Positions 56,380-64,000 of a stretch of 64,000 nt of DNA are shown here, in pieces; position 1 is the first letter of the stretch; each line of letters opens with the position of its first letter. The notes beneath the pieces are model-generated. The model did not search any database. It was given only the letters and a program-made list of their open reading frames with translations, and was not told the origin of the DNA. This stretch comes from an uncultured Acidobacteriota bacterium (lineage in GTDB: Bacteria; Acidobacteriota; Thermoanaerobaculia; Gp7-AA8), in assembly GCA_963822445.1 (NCBI GenBank), contig CAWGHO010000003.1, positions 1,280,001 to 1,344,000 of the forward strand, written 5' to 3'. The position numbers were made by a program, and so were the translations under genes.

Positions 56380-56895
56380 TTAACGCGAAATACTTTCCGG
56401 GAAACACTGAATGACGACCGCGAGCGCCACGTCCGCCACAGCCAGAACTACTGATAGCGCAACGTTCAAGCGAGCGGCGCGAAACGGGGCCGGCCATTGT
56501 GGACGAGGCGCAAGACGGAAGGGCTTGACCGTCGGATCGCCGTGATCGTCGCCGGTTCGGCGAAGTAATTCAGAAGGGACGCCTTGCCCGATGTACTTCT
56601 TCGAGAGCTCGTAACCAAGCCACGTGAGTAAGTGGCCGTTGGCATCTCGAATCTTCGCATCGCGGAGCATCATAAAGACGAGTGCGATCGTTAGAATCGC
56701 CGCGGCGACGAGTAACACCGCGGAGAGCCAGTCGGTTCGAAGAGAAAGTGCTCCACCGAGTGCACCGGCTTGAATCGCGAGTATTATTTGCACCCGACTC
56801 CACATGAGCGCGTCCTGATGACAAAAGTGCGCCATCAGAGTTGCGAACAGATTGGCGTCGGGCTCCGGTTTGTTTTCCGGTGATGCGTTGGTCAT
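56380..56895 (-). CDS. Cassette gene: small 3-TM membrane protein (RipA/SLATT-like layout)
   Basis: HF.HQD.LMWSR...ILAIQAGAL followed by two TM segments, a soluble loop and a C-terminal TM segment. Confidence 0.7.
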   Translation of the reverse strand: MTNASPENKPEPDANLFATLMAHFCHQDALMWSRVQIILAIQAGALGGALSLRTDWLSAVLLVAAAILTIALVFMMLRDAKIRDANGHLLTWLGYELSKKYIGQGVPSELLRRTGDDHGDPTVKPFRLAPRPQWPAPFRAARLNVALSVVLAVADVALAVVIQCFPESISR

Positions 56896-57122
56896 CGATC
56901 CTCGCAGACGGCAACGACGGTTCCATGAATTCTAGCGAACGTTGCGGCCAATCGAATGGGCGATTACCTATTTTGACACAATTGCGCATTTCGGTTGTTT
57001 GGAGCTGGTCTGCCGGAGCGATTGCGCTGCCTTGCCTGGTAGGATAGGACGATTGGCTCGAACAAGCGTCTGTCACGCGCTCGGACGAACGTCGGGCCAC
57101 CTCTGGATTCTCGCTCCAGTCC

Positions 57123-57141
57123 GCCTAACTCCTGATTAGCC
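57123..57141 (-). mobile_element. attI-like simple site heading the cassette array
   Basis: Minus strand GGCTAAT-CAGGA-GTTAGGC: inverted 7-bp boxes with a 5-bp spacer and no attC hairpin. Confidence 0.6.
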
Positions 57142-57210
57142 AGCGTAGCCGGCCCCCGGCGTCCACTCGGGTTGGAGGCAAGGTAGCAGCCGACGGTTAG
57201 CGAACGCGTC

Positions 57211-59529
57211 TCACCACGGCGCGTAATACCCAGCCGGTGCTCGTACCTCGCGACCCCGCCCGGCCACATCGACGTCGATCGTCCGCCAGTCGTTCTCACT
57301 CCTGCCTGGATCGGTGCGAATCACGACCAGGGATTGCGCACGCAGGGCGGCGGCGATCTTCTCGTATACCTCGGGGAGCTCTGTGAGGTTGCGGAGGGAA
57401 TGGGTGTTGCCGCCGGTCGAGCGGATCACGTTTACGAAACCGGCGAAGTTGATCGACCAGGAATCGCCGGCGACGGACTGCACCGTGAAACCGTCGCGGG
57501 AATTGGGGCCGGCCGCGCGCGTGGGCGCGTTGGCGAAGGGGCGGGCGGTGGGTGGGGCGGCGATCAGGTAAATGGGGATGTTGCTGCGCCTGGCCAGGTC
57601 CTCGACGTGTTTCGTCTCGTAGCGGCTGACCCGGTCGTCGCCGTCGCTGAAGACGATCATGGCTCGCCGGCCTTTGATTCCTTCGAATTGCAGGAGGCCG
57701 AGGATCATGGCGTCGTAGAGAGCGGTATCGCCTTGTGTGCGCAGCGCCATGATCTTGTTGCGCAATAAGGCGCGATCGGAGGTTGGTGTCTGAATTAAGC
57801 GCGCTGTAGTGTCGAACGTAATCAGAAAGGCGCGGTCATTGGGGCCGAGGGCTGTATCGAGAAAGCGGATGGCGGCTTCCTGCACGTCGAGCAGGTTCTT
57901 GTACATGCTCCCGGACGTGTCGAAGACGAGGCCCACCGTCAATGGGGCGTCGCTCCCGCTGATGACTGACTCAATGGCGCGTTTCATCCGGCCTTCGCGG
58001 ACCGTCACATCCTTCGTCGTAAGGCGGACAGGGGCGCCGTCATCCGTGATCGTGACCGGAAGCTCGACGAGCAGCACATTGGACTGCTCGACGTAACCCG
58101 TCGTGTTGAGCAGCACCGCGTCTTCCGTGGTGCGGCCATCATCGAGCTCCGCGACCGCTTTCAGGATTCCGAGCTCCGTCGGGATGCGAACATCCGCTTG
58201 CCAGGGCTCTCTGGTGATCACCGCGCGTTCGGCGTCATTCCAGGAAACGACCACGCGTTTCACATTACGGCCGGCCGGCGCGCGCATGGTCGTGGTCACG
58301 CGCACATTGCCGCTGGCCTTGCCCGCTCGCGGCTCGATCAGCCGGAGCCAGAACATGTCGCCGGCATGGTTGACGGTCAGCTCATGCCGCCCGATCTCTT
58401 TCCCCTTCACGTTGAATGCGACGGCACGAATGGTTTTCGCCTGCGGGATGCGCCCGAAATCGACGCTCGTCGAAAACGGCGGCCGATCGACAGCCGCTTT
58501 CTGATCGCCGTCGACGGTGAACACGACCCGCGCGACGTGGGTCGACGAAACGGAGGTCAGGATGCGCTGCGGTCCGGTGACGATCTGTTCCTGCGGCGGA
58601 ATGATCCGGATCGGCGTCGACTGCGGAGCTGCGGCCGCCGGCTGGAGCGACGCCAGGGCCTCGCTGGCGCTGGCGCGCGTGCCGCTGCCGCGCGGCGCGA
58701 GCTCGATCGCTTTCCTGTACGCCTGCGTCGCTTCATCGGTTGCACCTGCACTGCGATGAATGGTCGCGATTCCCATCCACGCCGTCGCAGCCGCCTCGGT
58801 ATTGCTCGCGTTGGCGGCCAGCGTCTGCAGGGACTGCAAGGCCTCGCTTCGCTTCGGCCCGTTCGAGTCGAGCATGGCCAGCGCCACGATCGCCATCTCC
58901 CGCGTGGACGCACTTCCGTGCAAGCTGGCGCGCTCGATGGCGGCGCGACCTTCGTCGCCGCGTCCGAGGATGTACAGGGCGGTTGCCAGTTCGAGCTCGC
59001 CTTCATGCGGACCTTTGGTTTCCGCGAGCGCGGCTGCGTTCTCGAGATTCGGTTTGGCCGACACGATGCCGTCGAGCATCGCCGCGAAGACGGTGTTGTC
59101 GGCCGGAAGTCCTCCGAGCCTGGCTACGGGTTTCCCGCGACGATCGTGCAGAACCAGGTCGCTGATCTGCATTTCCGGCGGCCCGAAGAGCGGCCGCGTC
59201 ACGAACACGATCTCGGCCAGACGCCGCTGAACGCCGGGGTGTTTCAGCAGTTTGTCTTCGAAGTCGGCGCAGCGGCGTTGCGCCTTGCACTTGGCCGGTT
59301 TCTCGAAGAGCAGGATCGGCTTCTTCTCGCGTCCGGCGCGCTCCAGCGCCTCGCGCCACGAAGCATCGGTCGCGGGATCGACGGCCGGAGGCTCGGCTTC
59401 GACCTCGTCATCGCTCTCGTCATGGATCTCGATCTCGCCCATCGAGACCGCCGGCTTCGGCGCGGGCTGCTGTGCGGGAAGAGGAACGGCGAATATCGAA
59501 ACGAGAACAGCGACTGACCAGAGTCGCAC
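57211..59529 (-). CDS. Secreted VWA-domain protein (thioredoxin-like + TPR + Ig + acidobacterial-type VWFA)
   Basis: Signal peptide; A.REKKPILL thioredoxin-like region; TPR helices; MIDAS motif DTSGSM, then TALYDA, SDGDD and TGG. Confidence 0.88.
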   Translation of the reverse strand: MRLWSVAVLVSIFAVPLPAQQPAPKPAVSMGEIEIHDESDDEVEAEPPAVDPATDASWREALERAGREKKPILLFEKPAKCKAQRRCADFEDKLLKHPGVQRRLAEIVFVTRPLFGPPEMQISDLVLHDRRGKPVARLGGLPADNTVFAAMLDGIVSAKPNLENAAALAETKGPHEGELELATALYILGRGDEGRAAIERASLHGSASTREMAIVALAMLDSNGPKRSEALQSLQTLAANASNTEAAATAWMGIATIHRSAGATDEATQAYRKAIELAPRGSGTRASASEALASLQPAAAAPQSTPIRIIPPQEQIVTGPQRILTSVSSTHVARVVFTVDGDQKAAVDRPPFSTSVDFGRIPQAKTIRAVAFNVKGKEIGRHELTVNHAGDMFWLRLIEPRAGKASGNVRVTTTMRAPAGRNVKRVVVSWNDAERAVITREPWQADVRIPTELGILKAVAELDDGRTTEDAVLLNTTGYVEQSNVLLVELPVTITDDGAPVRLTTKDVTVREGRMKRAIESVISGSDAPLTVGLVFDTSGSMYKNLLDVQEAAIRFLDTALGPNDRAFLITFDTTARLIQTPTSDRALLRNKIMALRTQGDTALYDAMILGLLQFEGIKGRRAMIVFSDGDDRVSRYETKHVEDLARRSNIPIYLIAAPPTARPFANAPTRAAGPNSRDGFTVQSVAGDSWSINFAGFVNVIRSTGGNTHSLRNLTELPEVYEKIAAALRAQSLVVIRTDPGRSENDWRTIDVDVAGRGREVRAPAGYYAPW

Positions 59530-59534
59530 TGTGT

Positions 59535-61469
59535 TTAGCCCTCCGCGGCTGCCTTCTTCGCTTTCTTCGCCATTACCTCACGCTGGGAGTGGTCCAGAAC
59601 AGTCTTGCGGATGCGAATTGACTCAGGCGTAACTTCCACCAGCTCGTCATCTTCGATCCACTCCAGGCACTGCTCGAGCGTCAGCTGCTTCGGCGGGGTG
59701 AGCCGCACGGCCATGTCCGATCCCGAGGCGCGCATGTTGGTGAGGTGCTTGGCGCGGCAGACCTGGACGACCATGTCGCTGTCGCGCGAGTTCTCCCCGA
59801 CGACCTGCCCGCCGTAAACCTTGACGCCCGGTCCGAGGAAGAAGGTGGTGCGCTCCTGCAGCGGCTCGATTGCGTAGGCGGTGGTGTCCCCGGTCTCCTT
59901 GGCCACGAGCGCGCCGCGATTGCGCGAGGCCAGCTCGCCGCGATACGGACCGTATTCGAGGAAGGTGTGAAACAGCAGGCCCGTGCCGCGCGTCTCGGTC
60001 AGGAACTCGGTGCGGATGCCGAAGAGGCCGCGCGTCGGAATCTTGAACTCGATGCGCACGCGACCGGTGCCGGGATTGACCATGTCCGTCATCTCGCCGC
60101 GGCGCTCCTGGATCTTCTCCATGATCGCGCCGGTGTGCGCTTCTTCGATGTCGACGACCAGGGCCTCGTACGGCTCCATGGTCTGGCCGCCGATGTTCTT
60201 GAGGATGACCTGCGGCCGCGACAGCGCGAACTCGTAGCCCTCGCGGCGCATGTTCTCGGCGAGGATCGACAGGTGGAGCTCGCCCCGTCCCGACACTTCG
60301 AAGCGATCGGCCTGACCGGTCTCTTTGACGCGCAGCGCGACGTCTTTGCGCAGCTCGCGCTCGAGGCGGTCTTTGATGTTGCGGGAGGTGACGTACTTGC
60401 CTTCCGTGCCGGCGAACGGGGAGTCGTTGACCATCCAGAACATGGACACGGTCGGCTCGTCGATGGCGATCGGCTCGAGGCGTTCCGGCGCATCGATGGC
60501 GGAGAAGGTCTCGCCGATCTCCACGTCGGTGAATCCGGCGATGGCCACGATCTCTCCAGCTGCCGCTTCCTCGACCTCGGTCCGCTTGAGACCTTCGAAG
60601 ACCGTCAGCTTGGTGACGCGGCCTTTCTTGTGCGTGCCGTCGCGGCGGATGAGGACGACGTCGGAGGCCTGGCGGATCGTGCCACGCTGGATGCGGCCTA
60701 CGCCGAGGCGGCCGACGTATTCGTTGTAGTCGACGGAGCTGACCAGGAGCTGCAGCGCGCCCTCGGCATTGCCGGGCGGGGGCGGGATGCGCTTGAGCAC
60801 GGCATCGAACAGCGGCCGGCAGTCTTCGGTAGTGTCGGCGAGCTCGGTTCGGACGATGCCCTTGCGGCCGATGGCGTAGAGGATGGGGAAGTCGAGCTGT
60901 TCGTCGGACGCGCCGAGCTCGATCATCAGATCGAACACTTCGTTCACGACCTCGGTCGGCCGCGCGTCGGAGCGATCGATCTTGTTGATGACGACGATCG
61001 GCAGGAGGCCGAGGATGAGCGCTTTCCGCAGGACGAACCGCGTCTGCGGCATCGGCCCCTCGGCGGCATCGACGAGGAGGATGACCCCTTCGACCATCGA
61101 CAGCACACGCTCCACTTCGCCGCCGAAGTCGGCATGGCCGGGGGTGTCGACGATGTTGATCTTCACTTCGCTGGGGTGGACGAACTCCGCGGGAAGGTCG
61201 TGTCCGCTGGCCGTGTGGGTGGCCTCGTGATGGACCGGGTGGCCGAGGGCGTCTGGCTGGTCGACGAGGTAGCGGACGGAAGTGTTCTTGGCGAGGATGG
61301 TGATCCCGCGCTCCTTCTCGAGGTCGTTCGAGTCCATGACGCGCTCATCCATGTGCTGGTTCGCACGGACGGCGCCGGACTGCTTGAGAAGCGCGTCGAC
61401 GAGCGTGGTTTTCCCGTGGTCGACGTGCGCGATGATGGCTACGTTTCTGATGTCGTGTCTAAACTGCAT
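59535..61469 (-). CDS. typA: Translational GTPase TypA/BipA
   Basis: [79 protein letters not shown]. Confidence 0.98.
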   Translation of the reverse strand: MQFRHDIRNVAIIAHVDHGKTTLVDALLKQSGAVRANQHMDERVMDSNDLEKERGITILAKNTSVRYLVDQPDALGHPVHHEATHTASGHDLPAEFVHPSEVKINIVDTPGHADFGGEVERVLSMVEGVILLVDAAEGPMPQTRFVLRKALILGLLPIVVINKIDRSDARPTEVVNEVFDLMIELGASDEQLDFPILYAIGRKGIVRTELADTTEDCRPLFDAVLKRIPPPPGNAEGALQLLVSSVDYNEYVGRLGVGRIQRGTIRQASDVVLIRRDGTHKKGRVTKLTVFEGLKRTEVEEAAAGEIVAIAGFTDVEIGETFSAIDAPERLEPIAIDEPTVSMFWMVNDSPFAGTEGKYVTSRNIKDRLERELRKDVALRVKETGQADRFEVSGRGELHLSILAENMRREGYEFALSRPQVILKNIGGQTMEPYEALVVDIEEAHTGAIMEKIQERRGEMTDMVNPGTGRVRIEFKIPTRGLFGIRTEFLTETRGTGLLFHTFLEYGPYRGELASRNRGALVAKETGDTTAYAIEPLQERTTFFLGPGVKVYGGQVVGENSRDSDMVVQVCRAKHLTNMRASGSDMAVRLTPPKQLTLEQCLEWIEDDELVEVTPESIRIRKTVLDHSQREVMAKKAKKAAAEG

Positions 61470-61569
61470 GCCCGACCCTTAACGCTCTGAGTCTTCAGAC
61501 ATTCCGGTCGCACTTGCCGAAAACGGAATGTCGTGCACAATAGGCGCGGTTCTCCATCCACACACCCAT

Positions 61570-62238
61570 ATGTCGAACGTACTTCTCGAGCCGGATGAGC
61601 GCCGGCAGTTTGGTCGCGTAACGCCCGTCCAGCGGATTCGCGGGATGGTCGGGACCGTGCCGATCTACGTCCTGGACGTGTCGCTGGCGGGCGTGCGCGT
61701 GGCGCATCAGGACCCGCTTCCGGCGATCGGCCAGACGGCGACGCTGGTCTTCGAATGGCAAGGCCGCCGCTTCACCGGGAAGGCCGAAGTGCGGCGGACG
61801 AAGGTCGAGAAGGCGGCGCGATCGAGGTACGAGAAGTCGCTGCATCACTCCGGCCTCTTCATCACGCCGAACGACGCGTTTTCGCAGGCGATCATCAAGG
61901 ACATCATCGAGAGCTGCTACGAGCGGGCGATGGACGAGCAGCGCGCGAACGCGGAAGGCATTCCGGCGATCGCCGCGCAGTCGTTCCAGACCGGCAAGGG
62001 CGATAACTTCGTCCGCTGCGAGCTCCGCGCGACGGGGTGGATGAAGTTCGATACGAAAGACCCGCAACAGCCGCCGAACGGCTTCACCATCTCGGCGAGC
62101 GAAACGCCGGCGAAGATCGCGACGCTGTGCAGGACCTGGGAGATCGGCGACGCCGAAGCGCGCCGGCTGATCAAGACCTTCGCGGCGTTGAGTATCTCGA
62201 AGACCGAGGGGATACCGACGCGGCGCTACGCGCCTTAG
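61570..62238 (+). CDS. PilZ-domain (c-di-GMP-binding) protein
   Basis: RRQFGR (RxxxR) and DVSLAG (DxSxxG) motifs, followed by an extra C-terminal domain. Confidence 0.8.
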   Translation: MSNVLLEPDERRQFGRVTPVQRIRGMVGTVPIYVLDVSLAGVRVAHQDPLPAIGQTATLVFEWQGRRFTGKAEVRRTKVEKAARSRYEKSLHHSGLFITPNDAFSQAIIKDIIESCYERAMDEQRANAEGIPAIAAQSFQTGKGDNFVRCELRATGWMKFDTKDPQQPPNGFTISASETPAKIATLCRTWEIGDAEARRLIKTFAALSISKTEGIPTRRYAP

Positions 62239-62240
62239 TT

Positions 62241-62272
62241 GCGGGGTTTCGGGGTTACGAGGTTTCGGGGTA
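62241..62272 (+). repeat. Octamer tandem repeat (NCGRGGTT)x4 filling the intergenic gap
   Basis: GCGGGGTT TCGGGGTT ACGAGGTT TCGGGGTA. Confidence 0.7.
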
Positions 62273-63060
62273 TGCGAATCGCTCTCCTTCTCCTTCTCGC
62301 CACGTCCGCGTTCGCGCAAGAGCGCGACATGTCGCGCATCAACTGGATGGAGTTCCGAGAGACGGTTCCTTCGAAAATCAAGACGGTCCTCCTGCCCACG
62401 GGCACGCTCGAGCCGCATGGCGTGATCAACAACGGTGCGGACATTACCGCGCCGGTGGCGATGGCCAATGCGATTGCGCCGCGGGTGAACGCGATGATCG
62501 CGCCGGCGGTGCCGTATGGGATCACCGGCTCGATGGAGGCGTATCCCGGTGCGTTTCAGATCCCTGAGGCCGCGTACCGCCCGTACATCAAGGCTGTGCT
62601 GGAAGGGCTGGCGAAGAATGGCTTCCGCAGCATCATCATCCTCAACGGCCATGGCGGACCGCAGACCGCGGTGCTGAATGCCGTCGCCGCGGAAGTAGCC
62701 ACGGAAAAGCGCGTGCGCACGCTGGTCATCAACTGGTGGTCCTTCGCGTCGGACGTCACGAAGGAAGTGTTCGGCGAAGACGGCGGGCACGCCGGCTGGA
62801 ACGAGACCGCGTACGTGCAGGCCGCGGATCGCACGCTCGTGCATCCCGAACGCTACAGCGACAAGCTAGCGACCGCGTATCCCGCGCCGGGAACGTGGTC
62901 GGCGGTGCCATTCCCCTCGTCGATCGGGCTGTATCAGCCGGGGCAGGGCTATCCGAAGTTCGATCAGGCCAAAGCGGATGAGTACTTCCGCAAGGTGAAC
63001 GACAAGGTCGCGGCGCTGATCCGCGACACGATCGAAAAGTGGGACGCGGCCGGGCTGTGA
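62272..63060 (+). CDS. Creatininase-family amidohydrolase with a signal peptide
   Basis: [11 protein letters not shown]....D, NGHGG and HAGWNET motifs; N-terminus [16 protein letters not shown]. Confidence 0.88.
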   Translation: MRIALLLLLATSAFAQERDMSRINWMEFRETVPSKIKTVLLPTGTLEPHGVINNGADITAPVAMANAIAPRVNAMIAPAVPYGITGSMEAYPGAFQIPEAAYRPYIKAVLEGLAKNGFRSIIILNGHGGPQTAVLNAVAAEVATEKRVRTLVINWWSFASDVTKEVFGEDGGHAGWNETAYVQAADRTLVHPERYSDKLATAYPAPGTWSAVPFPSSIGLYQPGQGYPKFDQAKADEYFRKVNDKVAALIRDTIEKWDAAGL

Positions 63061-63641
63061 TTCGGAGAATCTGCGTCTTCTGCGGATCGAACAGCGGATC
63101 GGATCCTGCGTACGCCGAGGCGGCGCGGTCGCTGGGGCGGCTTCTCGCTCGGGACGGGATCGGTCTCGTGTACGGCGGCGGGAGCGTCGGCCTGATGGGC
63201 GAGGTCGCCGACGCCGCGCTGCACGCGGGTGGGGAAGTGATCGGCGTGATTCCGCACGCGCTCTGGGCGCGCGAGGTCGGTCATCGCGGCCTCACCGATC
63301 TGCGCATCGTCGAGACCATGCACGAGCGCAAGGCGATGATGGCCGATCTCGCCGATGCCTTCATCGCGCTGCCCGGCGGACTGGGAACGCTGGAAGAGAT
63401 CTTCGAGATCTGGACCTGGGCCCAGCTCGGGCTGCATGCGAAACCGCTCGGCTTTCTCGATGTGAACGGCTTCTTCACACCGCTGATGGTCTTCCTCGAC
63501 CGCGCCGTCCGCGAGCGTTTCGTGAAAGAGCCTTATCGCTCGATCGCCTTGCTCGATGCCGACGCCGAACGGCTCCTGCGCCGCTTCGACGAATGGAAGC
63601 CGCCCCGCGTGGAGAAGTGGATCACGCGGGACGAGACATGA
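63057..63641 (+). CDS. LOG family (TIGR00730) nucleotide phosphoribohydrolase
   Basis: ICVFCGS, LVYGGG..GLMG, MHERK..M and PGGLGTLEE motifs. The GTG start overlaps the upstream TGA. Confidence 0.95.
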   Translation: MIRRICVFCGSNSGSDPAYAEAARSLGRLLARDGIGLVYGGGSVGLMGEVADAALHAGGEVIGVIPHALWAREVGHRGLTDLRIVETMHERKAMMADLADAFIALPGGLGTLEEIFEIWTWAQLGLHAKPLGFLDVNGFFTPLMVFLDRAVRERFVKEPYRSIALLDADAERLLRRFDEWKPPRVEKWITRDET

Positions 63642-64000
63642 AGCGCATCGCCCTCTGGTTCGGCGTCGCCGTTCCCATCCTCTATTACGGGACGCAGTTC
63701 GCGGCCATGCCGTTCTATCCCGGGTATCGCATCCTCCGTCAGGTCGCGAGCGAGCTCGGATCGAATCAGTCGACGAATCCCACGGTCTTCAACGCCGGCG
63801 CGGTGGCAACCGGGATCGCCGCGTTGATCGCGGCATTCGGGTTCCTGCACGCGCTCGGAACGCGGCGCGTGCTGAGCTGGCTCGTGTTTCTGGCGATGCT
63901 GTCGAACGGCGCCGCGGGGATCTGGGCCGGCATGCATCCGTTGCCCGATCCGCGGCACAACCCCGGCGCCATCGGCGCGGGGATGTTCGCGCTGCCGTTC
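63638..64000 (+). CDS. DUF998-like membrane protein (runs off the window)
   Basis: Manual translation gives [18 protein letters not shown]......YPGY...RQVASELG...P.VFN...P.PDPRH. ATGA overlap with the LOG gene stop. Confidence 0.75.
   Translation, partial: MKRIALWFGVAVPILYYGTQFAAMPFYPGYRILRQVASELGSNQSTNPTVFNAGAVATGIAALIAAFGFLHALGTRRVLSWLVFLAMLSNGAAGIWAGMHPLPDPRHNPGAIGAGMFALPF

Noticed and set aside
57123-57202. Complete attC between GCCTAAC (57123) and GTTAGCG (~57196)
   Set aside because: The arms do not pair and the distal box is not GTTRRRY. It is better read as an attI-like simple site.
61167-61268. Intein in typA
   Set aside because: The insert is far too short and lacks the Cys/Ser start and His-Asn end motifs.
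59745-62844. 581-aa and 449-aa ORFs antisense to typA and to the PilZ/creatininase genes
   Set aside because: They are antisense shadows of well-supported genes.

Overview
This is a high-GC bacterial window; the protein families suggest Acidobacteriota, probably Thermoanaerobaculia-like, which is an inference. About 45 kb (1482-46244) holds three tandem minus-strand genes for giant Sec-exported surface proteins of 6947, 3500 and 4361 aa. Their N-terminal repeat regions differ (LamG, beta-solenoid, IPT/TIG, DUF11, Cys-bridged Ig). All three end in the same FN3-like stalk and a ~490-aa internally duplicated C-terminal module (...AYASVID.KTNDPTY[VI]PAQ) that matches no secretion or anchoring signal I recognise. 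The 46.5-57.2 kb region is accessory and partly decayed. It contains an integrase-less integron cassette array with an attI-like site and unusually long (~186-199 bp), branched, covarying attC sites. It also contains a 1.9-kb insert flanked by 108-bp direct repeats that carries a TIR - transmembrane - catalytically degenerate GH25 lysozyme gene behind a remnant of the same attC family. Other cassette cargo: a trypsin-like protease, a membrane-anchored pseudo-gluzincin and a small membrane protein. The right end is core genome: a VWA/TPR protein, typA with a His-rich insertion, and PilZ, creatininase-family, LOG and DUF998 genes. All domain calls come from motif reading, not from database searches.
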